A stretch of 64,000 nucleotides of DNA from NCBI RefSeq assembly GCF_963921235.1, contig NC_086102.1, positions 37,200,001 through 37,264,000 on the forward strand, written 5' to 3'. A program made the position numbers and the translations under genes. Positions 10,871 to 24,051 of this stretch are shown here, in pieces. The DNA comes from Mobula hypostoma. Lineage: Eukaryota. Each line of letters begins with the position of its first letter. Positions within the stretch are counted from its first letter, which is position 1. A model generated the notes under the pieces. The model had not been told where the DNA came from. It searched no databases and saw nothing but the letters and a program-made list of their open reading frames with translations.

Positions 10871-12749
10871 TGTCTGTGGAGAGGAAACAATATTTCATGT
10901 AGGGAGCTCTTGATCAGAGCTCTGAGCAGTTGGTAATTCCTCTTCGCCTTTCAAACTCCCTCTATTCCTCTGAGGTAAGCCCTTTGGTCATTTGGTCTGA
11001 CCTCTCTTTTTGTGCAATTCTGTACACAGTGCTACATCAGTGCAATTTGCTCTATCTATGTCAGGGTTAAATTTTGTTTCACATTAGGGAGACTTGTATT
11101 AGATTGTTTATCATCTGTGGCTTTGCCTGCCATCAGATCACATCCTTCCGACTCTTATTTCATCATTGCTATCACTTTTATCATCTGGTTTAGGTGTCCT
11201 TTTTTTAGAATCAGATATAACATGCAAACTTAAAGGTCACATGCTATCCGGTTTTTTCAGATTTTAGACTGTGCAGTCCGTCCATGGCACTTATCTTCAC
11301 AATCAATTAGTATTTAGAACATAATGTTTATTTGAAACACTTTCTGTGGGGATTAATGGTTTAGAATATCAGTATACAGGACCCTATTATCTTTATGCCC
11401 AGCCAGATATAGACTGGGTTAGAAATAGGTTTGAACTTATTCAAGAATTCTTAAAAAAAGTCCTTTGAATATAATGGGTGTCCAATTTTAATAGTTATCA
11501 CTTTCCGAGAGCCCATTCCACTCCTGCTGTTCCCCAAGTTACAAATGCTTGACTTATTGCATAGACTGTACTTAGGACCAAAAATGTGGAGATCGATGAG
11601 ATGGTTTAACTGGCCCTAAGAGGCTGCAGGCATCTTCCGCCAGTTAGGAAAAGGACATTTCCACAGGCCAAGCCTAGCTGGGAGTGTTGGAACTCACTCA
11701 CTAAGTCACTGAGGCTGGCTGAGCCAATATTCCTGTGCCTGCTTGCACTCCCATCACGCCCATTTCTGTGGTCCTCTCCCATGTGATGTTTTCATTCATT
11801 TAGAATTTACAAACTGTTCAGATCATGGGCAGTTCTCTGGTACAGAAATAGACAGGTCCCTATCCAGACCTCCTTCCTGTTTACTCACCTGTCCTGTGTT
11901 ATTTCCTAATGTAGAATTTAATTTGATGGTGTTTTACCATGTTAAGGGTGCTATATAAATACAAGTTCTCATTGTGGCAAAAGTGGCAAAGGTAGTTGTT
12001 TAGTGAGTCTGATTTCCTGATGTCTGGTTTGAAGAGTTTAGGAGCATCTTCTGTTCCCATTCCAATTCTGGAGACTATTAAGTTTTATCATTAAAGTGAG
12101 ATACATTAATATTCTTCCAAATTTTCCCCATTTTATAACAAAATACCAAACACCGATCAAAAAGGGAAGAAGGGATGCCAAATGATAATATGGAAATAAA
12201 CTTGAGATAGCCATCAAAACTGACACAAAACTTTGGAATTATGGTATTCAAGGGGAACATGAAGGCTTTGAAGAGAGATCAAAGCAGCATCTCAAATGAA
12301 AATAGGGAACCAAAGACTAATAGTTTAGAGGGTTGAATGGCCCACTTGTGTTCTTATATTATTGCATATATAGGCTATTTATGCTAGCTGTAGCTTGAAG
12401 GCATAGGTTAGTGTGTGTTAGGAGTCAATTACCTTCTGCGTCATGTTCCTGCTAACTGCTTGGTGAATAATTTAACAGATAGCTGCTGAAGCACCTTGGA
12501 CAGACAGAACTACACTCAAGATAGATAGTGAACTTTACAATTATTATGCCAAAGGACCAAGATATCCATGGGGTAATTACACACTGTAAGAGACTTTTGC
12601 CAATGACTGTACTCAGAATGTGAGGAGTAATTACAGATCTTCAAGACTTGCCTCTCGTATTCCTGCAGGATATTTGCCCTGACCGTTATCCTCACGAGGG
12701 TGGCCCCAGGACCGCATGGTCTTTAGTCCTAACGATTATCCTTTGCAAG

Positions 12750-12896
12750 ATTTAAAAGGAAGTTGGTAAGTACATTGATAGGAGGGGTGGTATGGAGGGC
12801 TATGTTCCAGGTGCTGGTTAATGAGACTAGGTAGAATAATAGTTCGGCATGGACTAGTAAGTGTCTGTTTCTGTACTGCAGTGTTCTATTACTCTA
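12750..12896 (+). repeat. Old CR1 3' end fragment
   Basis: AAGTACATTGATAGGAGGGG...GGAGGGCTATG...CTGTTTCTGTACTGCAGTGTTCTATTACTCTA resembles CR1 3' termini. Confidence 0.55.
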
Positions 12897-13119
12897 GGAC
12901 CTCAAGGAAATGGATGATTCTGCCCCTTGAATCTATGCTGAATGACAACCTACCACTAGGTGAAGACTAATGTGCACTTAATGAAAAGGTTGCTTCCAAT
13001 CTCAGTGAGTTCTCTAAATCATTCATCGTTATGTGCCATGTTGTTATGACATGGGCACATGCCCTGCATTCTCAGAATATTTGTGTATTATGGCAAGTGT
13101 ATGCATACATCATGGTCTT

Positions 13120-13360
13120 TCCTTGACCATGATTGTTCTTGGCAAATTTTTACACAGACGTGATTTACCATTGCCTTCTTCTGGGCAGTGCCTTTACAAG
13201 ACAAGTGACCCCAGCCATTATCAATACCCTTCAGAGGCTGGCAGTGGTTGCATAACCAGGACTTGTGATGGTCACCAGCTGCTCATACAGCCATCCACCA
13301 CCAGCTTCCAAGGCTTCACGTGAGCCTGATCGGGGGGCTAAGCAGGTGCTGCACCTTTTC
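13120..13360 (-). repeat. Short RTE-related (Bov-A-like) retroposon fragment
   Basis: Minus strand carries GAAGAAGGCAATGGTAAATCAC, which resembles the GGAGAAGGCAATGGCAACCCAC motif of BovB/RTE 5' regions (recalled). No ORF. Confidence 0.4.
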
Positions 13361-13609
13361 CAGAGGCATATCTTCACCTCACCACTCTAAATCTCAGACA
13401 AAATTGTGTATGTTGGCGAGCCATGGCCAATGCTTACATATCAAAAAAAGCATCAACAGCTTCCACCATAACACCCAACGACAAGAGAGAATCATCGACA
13501 TGTGGTGGGCACCAGAGCTGACCTGTTGAATTCACCACTCGAACACTTGTATTTTGTAAGAGCAGACTGCAGTGGGAGAGGAAAGAGAAAGGATTTGGAA
13601 AATGTTCTC

Positions 13610-13950
13610 CAGAGTCAGTATCAGAATTAAGTTTACTATCAGCGACATATATCATGAAATAATGTTTTGTGGCAGCAATAGAGTGAAAGACATTAAAAAT
13701 CATGATAAGTTGTAATAAAAATAGATAAATAAGTAGTGTGAAAGAGGATTAGTGAGGTAGTGTTCGTGGACCATTCAGAAGTCTGATGGCAGAGGAGAAG
13801 AAGCTGCTCTTAAAACTTTGACTGTGGGTCTTCAGGCTTCTGTACCTCCTTCCTATTGGTAGTAATAAGAAGAGAGCATGTTCTGGATGGCGAGGGTCCT
13901 ACTTAATGGATGTCAACTTCTTGAGGCCTTTTGAAGATGTCCTTGAAGGT
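13610..13950 (-). mobile_element. Rex1/Babar LINE 3' end, decayed
   Basis: Minus-strand translation HPEHALFLLLPIGRRYRSLKTHSQSFKSSFFSSAIRLLNGP is homologous to 26656-26865 on the plus strand. Confidence 0.72.
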
Positions 13951-14398
13951 GAGGAGGCTTGTGCACATGATGGAGCAAAGAACATCTACAGGCAGGACGT
14001 GAACACTATTCAGAATGAACTCAAAACTAGGAAGACCTTATCTGGAGACAGAACAGAATGGTACTCCCTTTTCACCCAGGAAACCAAAGTCAGGACAAGA
14101 GATAGTTACTTGACATACTGCCTTCTCAGTAGCCCCTTTCATCACGTACACAGACGACCACTTTGTCAGGACCTGCGTGTATAACATCTGACTCCACAGG
14201 CATAGGGGAAAGCGTAGCATCAGATGTGAAGTAACTGGGACTCTCCAGGAAGCACTCATGTCGTGAGGTACACTTTGGCTTCGCTCCATTCCCTTTACCT
14301 CTTTTACCTGTAACCACCCTTATTTACTTTATCTATGCCTACACGAAAGGGTTTATACCACAAATATATCTTTGAACTTCGATTTGAACTTACTGAAA

Positions 14399-15235
14399 AT
14401 GCTGACCAGAGGACGAGAAGTTAAAAATGGGAAAGATTCTGGCAGGAACGGGAAAAAAGGTGGCGATCCCAAAGCACCTAAGCAAATTCCATTAACTTTT
14501 GAAACAATGTCGAAACTTCTAGAGGATACACTTAACCAAAGGTTTGCTATGTTTGAAGAAGTTTTGAAGACGATTCAAGATGATGTTGAATCGTTTAGAC
14601 GCGAAGTCGATCAAAACAGATCAGAATTTCAGAGCTGGATGAAGCCGGTTGGAAGAGAGACCAAAAAACTGAACCCTTGGAGAAAAATCTAGCTTCGACA
14701 TCTCAGCAGTTAGAACATTATAAATCAAAGATTATCGATCTCGGTGACAGAATCTGTGGATAATCGGGCTTCCCGAAGATGTTGAGACAGGCGATCCTAC
14801 TAAATACTTTTCTAAATTGTTAATAGATGTGTTTGGTCCAGAAGTCTTGGAGGCCCCCCCCCCCCATTGCTAGATCATGCACATTGTACCTTATGCACCA
14901 AACCTTCCAATGAATTTAAACCGAGGCGTATTATTGTTTGGTTTCACTATGTTCATATTAAGGATCGAGTGATACAAGCTGCTCGGCGGAAAGGTATGAT
15001 CGAATTTCAAAGTTTCAGATTTCACATTGTTGAGGATTTCAACCCAGAAGTATTGAGGGAATGGATGGCTTTTAAATCACAGATGTCAGAACTTTATCGT
15101 AAGGGCTTCAAATTAGCGTCGCTGTTCCCAGCGTGTCTGAGGATTGCTCTGGCGGATAACTCTCATCGTTTGTTTAAGACTCCGGACGAAGCTCAAAGTT
15201 TTCTCGACAATCTGTCTTCCTCTGCTAAGGACTAA
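14399..15235 (+). pseudogene. L1 ORF1p (coiled coil, RRM, CTD), frameshifted
   Basis: Coiled-coil-like EEVLKTIQDDVESF. LDHAH and KPRRIIVWFHYVHIKDRVIQAARRKG...HIVEDF are typical of L1 ORF1. Confidence 0.85.
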
Positions 15236-16034
15236 TTAACGTACCGTTTTTTTTCTTTTTTCTAACTTGCTTTTCGTTTTTTTAAAAAAAAGCTAATATC
15301 TAGCTTACAGATTTAGATTTCTATATTTTGAGGGTTCTTGCCTTGGTTTTGTAGTGTAGGTATTTTTCGTACTTTTGAATAAAAGTATTTTTTTTTTCTT
15401 TTTTCGTTAGTGATTTTGTATTTTTCACTTCTAATCTTTTTGCTTTTGAGAGTAATTAAGTAGTAGATTCAGTGTTTGATTTTCCTTTTCTTTGAAAATT
15501 TATTGGAGAAGTATTACATCTTAAGATGGTGGATTGCTCTCTCCTTCTCAGAATTTATTTTTTCTTGCTGTGTCATTTCCGATCATTTATATATGAAAAA
15601 ACTAATAATATGAGTTGGTGCTTGGTATCTTTTTTTTGAAATATGAGTAAGAAGTAATTATGTTATGTTTGTAATTGTTGTAATCTTTTCTTTACATTTA
15701 TACTAATTGCTTTTTTTACTTTTTTGACCATGGGCAGTGTTTTTTAAGAAAAACATTTCTTTTGGGTTGCCTTCTGGAGAGCTGGGGTTAGATTTAGCAT
15801 TAGATTTAGCATTGGCCACTTTCTGGCTTTTTTCTGGGTTTTTGTGGAAGGGGGTGGTATTTTTGTTCTTACTTTTAATTTAGATTTTTTTCTTTAAACG
15901 GGCTGACTTGAAACTACCAAAATGTCCGAAATGTCGTGACTTCCAGTTCCTCTTTGAACCTTTTTTCTTTTTCCAGGGTTATGAGTTTGTATTCTGGTTA
16001 ACCCTTTACAAACCTTATGTTCAATTTCAGTACT

Positions 16035-19000
16035 ATGGATAAGATTACTAATTTGATTTCTTAGAATACAAATGGTTTAAACCACCCAATTAAACGGAAG
16101 AAAATTTAAAAAGTATTCCATAGGATGAATGCTGATATTATTTTTGTACAAGAAACTCATGTGCAGAAAGAGGATAATCAGCAATTTTTTAGGTTTTAGA
16201 AACATAGAAAATAGGTGCAGGAGTAGGCCATTCGGCCCTTCGAGCCTGCACCGCCATTTATTATGATCATGGCTGATCATCCAACTCAGAACCCAGCCTT
16301 CCCTCCATACCCCCTGACCCCTGTAGCCACAAGGGCCATATCTAACTTCCTTTTAAACATAGCTAATGAACTGGCCTCAACAGTTTGCTGTGGCAGAGAA
16401 TTCCACAGATTCACCACTCTCTGTGTGAAGAAGTTTTTCCTAACCTCGGTCCTAAAAGGCTTCCCCTCTATCCTCAAACTGTGACCCCTCGTTCTAGACC
16501 TCCCCAACATCGGGAACAATCTTCCCGCATCTAGCCTGTCCAATCCCTTTAGGATCTTATACGTTTCAATCAGATCCCCCCTCAATCTTCTAAATTCCAA
16601 CGAGTACAAGCCCAGTTCATCCAGTCTTTCTTCATATGAAAGACCTGCCATCCCAGGAATCAATCTGGTTTTGGAAGGAATAACAGTACCATTCGAATTC
16701 ACAGGCCGAAGTGAAAGGCGTTTCTATTTTTATAGATCCTTCAATTTCGTTTGTGCATTATGAGACTATTTCAGATCCGAATGGTAGTTTTTTGTTAATT
16801 ACTGGTTTGTTATTTAACAAAAAAGTTGTTGTGGTTAATGTTTACGCTCCAAATGTTGATTGTCCTGAATTTTTTAAACATCTCTTTACATCCCTTCCTA
16901 ACTTAAATGATTATATGTTGATTATGGGTGGAGATTTCAACCGTTGTTTAAATTCTTTGATGGATAGATATATGTCTAATCAGGCACTCCCGAACAAATT
17001 GGCTACTCTTATTAACTCTTTTATGGTTGACTCTGAAATTTCAGAAATTTGGAGATTCTTACACCTCAAAGATAAAGAGTTTTCACTCTTTTCACATGTA
17101 TATCATCATTATTCTAGAACTGATTACTTCCTTATTGACTCTCGATTAATTCCACTTGTTATTGACTGCAAGTATGACTCCATTGCTGGCTCCGATCATG
17201 CGCCATTGAAACTATCTATTAAGTCAATGGATACATCTTCTAGTACTAGACAATGGCGATATAATACCACTTTGCTTCAGAACTCGGACTTTGTTAATTT
17301 TATTGAGGAACAGATTAATTTTTTCTTCACAACGAATTTTATGGAGGGTATTTCCAGCGGGGTACTATGGGACACTTTTAAAGCATATATTTGTGGACAA
17401 ATTACTTCATATTCTGCTGGACTGAAAAAGCAAGCTAATAATGAAATACTTAAGCTGGTTGACAAGATCAAAGAAATTGACAAGAAATATTCTATTGCTC
17501 TTAATCAGGAGCTTTATAAAGAGAGAGTCGAACTTCAAATGGAACACAGTTTATTACTATCATCTTTGATTGAAAATCAATTTATTAAAACTAGGAGTCA
17601 ATTCTATATACATGGTGATAAAACTGGGAGACTACTAGCTAATCAACTGAAATCGGCTTCAGTTAAACACCAGATTGTTAAGATTCGTAAAAGAGATGGT
17701 ACTCTGACGGTCGATCATGATGAGATAAACAAGTCCTTTCAAGAATTTTATACCTCTCTATACCAATCAGAATTTCCTGATGACTCCACTATAATGCACG
17801 AATTGAATATTCCAAAATTACCACCCAATAAACGTTTAAAACTAGATGTACCTATTACGGTAGAAGAAATAAAAAATGCTATTTTCTCGATGAATTCAGG
17901 TAAAACACCTGATCCAGACAGTTATACAGTAGAACTTTTTAAATCCTTCTCTACTATACTTTCTCCTTGGTTATGTAGAACCTTTAGGGATGCAGCATCT
18001 ATAAGTAAATTACCACAATCTTTTTATCGAGCTTCTATTCCCCTAATTCTTATAAAAGATAAGGATCCTACTGAAGGTGCATCTTATAGGCCTATATCTT
18101 TGCTAAATGTGGATTCTAAGATTTTTTCTAAAATATTGGCAACGAGACTGGAGAATGCATTGCCTCAAATTATTTCTGTCGATCAGACTGGATTTATTAA
18201 AAATCGTTACTCCTTCTTTAACATTAGGAGATTAATGAATATTGTTTATGCTTCCTCACCTAGAACTCCAGAATCCATCATCTTATTGGACACTGAGAAA
18301 GCTTTTGATAGAGTCGAATGGACATATTTGTTTAGTACGCTTGAGAAATTTAATTTTAGTCCGATATTTTTATCTTGGATTAAATTCATATACCTTACTC
18401 CTTTGGCTTCGGTATTTACCAATAATCAAAGATCTCCCTTTTTTCAGTTATTCCGTGGTTCTAGGCAGGGTTGCCCTCTTAGTCCATTATTATTCGATAT
18501 TGCCCTGGAACTGTTAGCTATTGATATTCGTCACTCTCCTTTGGTATTACCCGTGGGAATGAGATACATAAATTATCACTATATGCAGATGATTTACTAT
18601 TACCTGTAAATATTTCTAACCCTGAGAAATCCTTTCCGGCAGTATTATCTCTGCTTGCTCAGTTTAGTAGTTTTTCTGGTTACAAATTGAATCTTAGTAA
18701 GAGCGAACTTTTTCCATTAAATATGCAGGTTCCCATTTATAGATGTTCACCATTCAGATTGATTACTGACTATTTTACTTATTTGGGGATTAAAATTGCT
18801 AAGAGACATAAGGACTTATTCAAGCTCAATTTTTTACTGTTAATTAGTCAGGTTAAAGAATTGCTTACTAAATGGTCCCAATTGTCTCCATCACTGATTG
18901 GCCGAATCAATGCTATTAAAATGATTATTCTACCTAAATTTTTATATCTATTTCAAGCGGTACCAATTTTTATTCCTAAATCTTTTTTTGATACTATTGA

Positions 19001-20274
19001 TTCTAAAATTTCCTCTTATATTGGCAGAATAAAAATCCCAGGTTAAGTAAAAAATATTTACAGAAGTCCAAGAAAGATGGTGGTTTAGCATTGCAGAATG
19101 TAAGATTCTATTACTGGGCAATTAATATTCAATATTTAATATTTTGGACACAAGATTGGGATATAATTCCAAGTCCACAATGGGTAAACCTTGAAGGTCA
19201 CTCTGTACAAGGGTTTGCATTGGTTTCTATTTTAGGAACTTCACTTCCCTTTGTATTTTCTAAATTGAATAAACAAATAGTTAATCCAATAATTAAACAT
19301 ACATTACGAACATGGTTCCAATTTCGTAAATTTTTTGGCTTGAACAAATTTATATTATCAAGCCCTATTATATCTAATTTTTTCCCAACCCTCTGTTATG
19401 AATCAAGTTTTTTTGATATGGAAAATGAAGGGTATAACATGTTTCCGTGATTTATTTCTGAATAACTGTTTCATGTCTTTTGAACAGTTATCTAATAAAT
19501 ATAACTTGCCCAGATCCCATTTTTTTAGATATTTACAAATAAGAAATGTTTTAAATACCACACTGCCTACCTTTCTGATATCACACTCTATTGATATCAT
19601 GGACAAAATTTTGGGTTTAAATCCTTATCAGAAGGGATTAATAGCAACTATTTATGATCTAATTATGAAAATACAGCCAGGTATATCCGATAAAATTAAA
19701 AATGAATGGGAAAGGGAACTTCAACTTCGCCTACATATAGAGAAATGGGAAAAAATCTTTCAATTAGTTAGCTCTTCCTCTAAATGTGCTAAACATACAC
19801 TGATACAATTTAAGGTAGTGCATAGGGCCCACATGTCTAAAGATAAACTAGCTTGTTTTTACTCCCATATAAATCCTGTTTATTGCAGATGTCACTCTGA
19901 GGTGGCTTCTTTGACTCATGTTCTGGTCCTGCCCTGTCTCAGGAAAATTTTGGAAAGATATTTTTGATATTATTTCAACAGTTTTGCGTTTTGATTTACA
20001 ACCTTATCCTATTACGGCAATTTTTGGTTTGCCAATGACGGAACATAGATCTTGATCCTCTTCAGCTTGTTGGATGATCACACTTGTTACATTAATGGCC
20101 AGAAGATCCATTTTATTGAATTGGAAAGAGACCAACTCCCCTACTACATTTCAATGGTTTTCCCAAACTGTATCATGTTTAAATTTAGAAAAAATCAGAA
20201 GTGTCATTTTTGATCCTTCAGTTAAATTTGAAGAGACTTGGAAGCCACATATTCAACATTTTCATATGATGTAG
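16035..20274 (+). pseudogene. L1 ORF2p (APE endonuclease, RT, Cys-rich C-terminus), interrupted by CR1 and frameshifts
   Basis: MDKITNLIS*NTNGLN...FVQETH, NVYAPN, GGDFN, SDHAP, YRPISLLNVDSKI, LDTEKAFDRVEW, RQGCPLSPLLF, YADD (frameshifted), RCHSEVASLTH. Confidence 0.92.
16198..16666 (-). mobile_element. Young CR1 copy 2, short 3' fragment inserted in the L1 endonuclease region, TSD GGTTTT
   Basis: Near-identical to the 3' end of copy 3. GGTTTT at 16192-16197 and 16667-16672. The L1 sequence is contiguous across the site. Confidence 0.95.
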
Positions 20275-21163
20275 ATTGACCTTTTCCGAATCCTTTTTAT
20301 TAACTTAGAATATATGAATAGAGGTGCAGAGTTGACGACATTAATGAATGTATTCGATCTAATATATTGGTTCAGCCTTGCTTTGTTCTGTTTGCTTTTT
20401 TTTTGGGGTTTAGCCATTAATTTTTTTTTAGTTTTTTTTTGTTTTGGGGTTTTTTCTTTGCAATATCCTTTTCTTCATGATTAACTATATTAAGAGTTTG
20501 GAAGTCTATTACACTTGTACTATTTGTAGTCTTTTTTGTATATGTTTATTAACAATAAGGTAATTCTAATCTCTTTGTATCACTATTGTTATTATGTTGA
20601 TGAACTTGAAAATTAATAAAAAGTTTAAAAAAGAAAGAGAGATGTGAAGTAACTGCAAGATCCATCGTCATGTTGACAACTGGATACTAACAAGACCAAC
20701 AGAGCAGCTCTCAAATACTGTACAATTAATTGCAACATTTTTAGGTTCTGCTTCAGTTTGTTTGCATGCATGCTTATTAGTTTAGAGGTTTTAAAATATT
20801 GTATCACAAATAGACAAATTTGCACTGATGCATGCAATTATTTTTTTTTACCTCATTTGCTCAATTCAACTGCTCACCTCTGCATTTCTTCCTGCTATTT
20901 CAACTCAACATGTTTCTATTAAACAAATGTCAGTTAGTTGTAAATTACTTCAGATGCAAGTCAAGTCTGGAATGATGAACTCTCATTATGGTCTTGCTAT
21001 TCAAATGTTTAAGGATAATTTCAGATTCTTATCAATGACGTTGAATAATTAGTTCTGATAGATGTGACCTCCCTGCAGTGTTCTCAGTCAGATTTTCCCC
21101 ATCTGTTTCTTCTGATGTTTTACTGTGTCAAATTCTTTGAAACAGTTTCAGACTTTACGATAC

Positions 21164-23620
21164 TGTAACTCTCGGTTTTGCTAGTGGTTTAATTTAGGGG
21201 AAGACAGCCCTTGGCCAGGCCAAACTTAAGAAATCATGTTTGGGTGGATGCTGCACAATATGTCCCCTGCTACAAATCAGTACCACGAAATAACAAACAG
21301 TACACAATATGCAATTAAATGATTGAGCTTTATAATTCTTAATTTGACTATATGGTTAGTAAAGAAACAAAAAAAGGACCCATTCTCATGAAACAGTCTA
21401 ATGTGCAATGTTAGAGCTCACTTGTAAGGCCGTTCGTTCACCATCAACCTCCTCGGATCGTCACTGACCATCAGACCCTCGCTCCAAGTCCACTCCGTCC
21501 TGCGGTCTACCAACTCTCTCCATTCACGTCTTCTCTCCTCATCTCTCCCTGGCAAAAGACCTTAAAATATCTGCTCCCAGACCCACAAGAAAGAACAACA
21601 TCCCTCTCATTGGATAGCCCCACATTCCAAAGCCCCTGTTATCTCTAGTCATAACCCAAATATTACTGCTACAGAGAAACAATTAAGTTAGCAGTGAGAC
21701 ATTACATTAGCAGTGAGACCTTACTGCGTGTTACACTCTCCCCCCACCAAATTTAGTCATGTCTTCATGACATTGAGATGATTTGCCAACCCTTCCTGCA
21801 AAACACAAAGTCTAATCCAGGTGTAAAAGGGAGTGACATAGCTTCCCAACACAGTAGGGGTCACACTCTGTTCCCCTGGTGCTATGTAGGCCAACCTATC
21901 CGGTGGTCTCCTAATTCTCTGAGACCTCCATACCCCCTCACCTAACTCTTCAGGCTCAGACACTACTGGGGATAATTCTGGTCTACCTGGTGAGGCCTCC
22001 CCCGACCTATCACTTGTGCCCACCTGCAACTTGGTCCCCTCTGTCCCATGGCCAAGCCGCGCTTCATCCCTTGCAAGGTCCTGCTGCAACCCAGGCTGAC
22101 CACAGATAGTCACCCCCCCCCACTTCACCTGACTCAGCAGGAGAAGGGCTGGAAGTCTCTTCCTCAGTCAATGGGGAGTTAGCAAAAGGCAGCATATACC
22201 ACACATCCAGGTCCTCATCCTCCAAATCAGTATCCCTCTCAGGGGTGGGGGCCGGCCTAACCTCACCTGCGTGGGCCCTGCAGTTACCCCGTGTTTCCGC
22301 AGAGTCCTCTTACTAAGTGTAGGCTCCAAGTCGGGCTCTGGGTCTACCTGCACCGCTTGACCCACGGGCAACAGGTGGTTCCAATGCAGAATCTTGACAG
22401 GCCCCTTCCCCTCCTCTGGTTTCACCCAGAAAACTAGTGGGCTTGGCATTTGACTCTCCACCACATAGGGCTTAGCTGCCCAACGGTCTGCCAACTTATG
22501 TTTCCCAGGTAGCTCCAGATTCCTTATGAGGACCTGGTCTCCCAGCAGGAGTTGGGAGAACCTCACCTTTTGATCATACCTCCTCTTATTTCCTTGATTC
22601 TGCCTGGCAGCCATGACCCCAGCTAATTCATAAGCCCTTTTCAGCTCTCTTCTCATGTCAGACACACACTTCAGATAAGTCTTCGGTGGTAAGTCACCCT
22701 CGTCAGACCCAAAACAAAGGTCAATCGGCAACCTCACCTCACGCCCAAACATCAGATAATATGGTGAGTATCCAGTAGCTTCATTTCGAGTACAGTTGTA
22801 ACTGTGAACCAGATATCCAATATCCACTGGCTTTTGCTGATCTCCAGGGTCCCGAGTATGTCAAGCAATGTCTGATTAAACCTCTCAGGCTGGGGATCAC
22901 CCTGCGGATGATAGTGCGTGTTCCTCAACTTCTCGACTCTAAGCATGCCCAGTAACTCATGGATGAGTCTGCTCTCGAAATCCCATCCCTGATCACTATG
23001 TATCCACCTGGGAAGGCCATAATAAATAAAATACTTCTCCCATAACACTTTGGCCACTGTTAGCACCCTCTGGTCCTTGGTAGGAAAAGCCTGTGCATAT
23101 CTGCTGTAGTGGTCCGTGCTGACTAAGACATTGATGCTGGCATCTGGCTCTATTGACAGGAAATCCATACACACCAGGTCCAGAGGCCCTGCACTCTGCA
23201 AGTGGGACAAAGGAGCTGCCCGCGTAGGCAGTGTCTTCCACCATACGCATCCAACGCACGACTTGCAGCATTCTTCAACCTTCAACTTCATTCGGGGCAA
23301 GTAAAACCGGTCTCTGAGCAATCCATAGGTCTATTCAGCCCCAAAATGTCCAGAGTCATCATGAAGTGACTTCAACACAACCCTCTGATACTTCTCCAGC
23401 AGAACCAGCTGGCAACGCCCAGGTCGGTCCGATGTGACATGACCCAGTACAGGATTTGGTTCTGCAACACCAACGAGGCCATTCTCTCAGTTATGGAGGC
23501 ACCGCCACGTGGTTCATCTCCTCTGCCTGAGCTATTTCTTCCTTTCCAACTGCTGACCAAATGATACCGATGCCCAGGTGGACTGCCGCTTCCCCCAGAA
23601 CTCAATTCCAGCAGCTGATT
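21164..23620 (-). mobile_element. Gypsy LTR retrotransposon C: integrase, PPT and 3' LTR; 5' part missing
   Basis: HHCC (LHDDSGHFG...CKSCVGC). Core CMDFLS / IHSDQGWDFES / PERFNQTLLDIL. KLADRWAAKPYVV. PPT GGTGGGGGGAGAG at 21736-21748. LTR 21164-21735 with TGTAAC...GTTACA termini. Confidence 0.88.
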
Positions 23621-24051
23621 TGCCTTCAGAGCAGTTTTTCTGATCATTAAGGAAATCGTGGCAAAGATCTCTACTCTGGCAGTTGTAAGGTGCATAGTGT
23701 CATTAGCCTACATTCCTCAACACATCATTTTAAGGGCATTGTAATCTGGAGGCTCGCGTAGAAAGATATTACCCACATATTTGGTGTTACATGTTCAAAT
23801 GTTCTTTCACCATTTCATTTCCCCTTGCTCCTATTGAGCCTCAGCTCTAGACAAGTACAGGAAAATGTAGTGAAATAAGCTCATTATCACATTACCTTGA
23901 TTTTCAAATTCCTAAGCTATTGGGATGTCCTGAGATGGATCAATATAAGGACAATAACTGGAATTGTAAGTACAGTAATTAGTTACCAGTCCATAGATAA
24001 ATACACACATAAAAATGCTGGTGAACGCAGCAGGCCAGGCAGCATCTATAG

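Larger units (their letters stand above)
14238..20639 (+). mobile_element. Full-length L1-clade LINE (about 5.9 kb without the nested CR1), 16-bp TSD
   Basis: AGATGTGAAGTAACTG at 14222-14237 and 20640-20655. Structure: GG start, 5' UTR, ORF1, T-rich spacer, ORF2, AATAAA at 20615-20620 and A-rich tail. Confidence 0.95.

Noticed and set aside
12669-12765. Exon-like segment with CCTGCAG acceptor and TTG|GTAAGT donor
   Set aside because: All three frames are closed and the donor lies inside a decayed CR1 tail, so it is likely incidental.
13320-13365. Possible 3' remnant of a second HDV-like ribozyme on minus (AGGTG-CAG-CACCT stem, GCTTA, GCCCCCC)
   Set aside because: P1, P3 and L3 are not present in this truncated copy, so the fold cannot be supported from the sequence.
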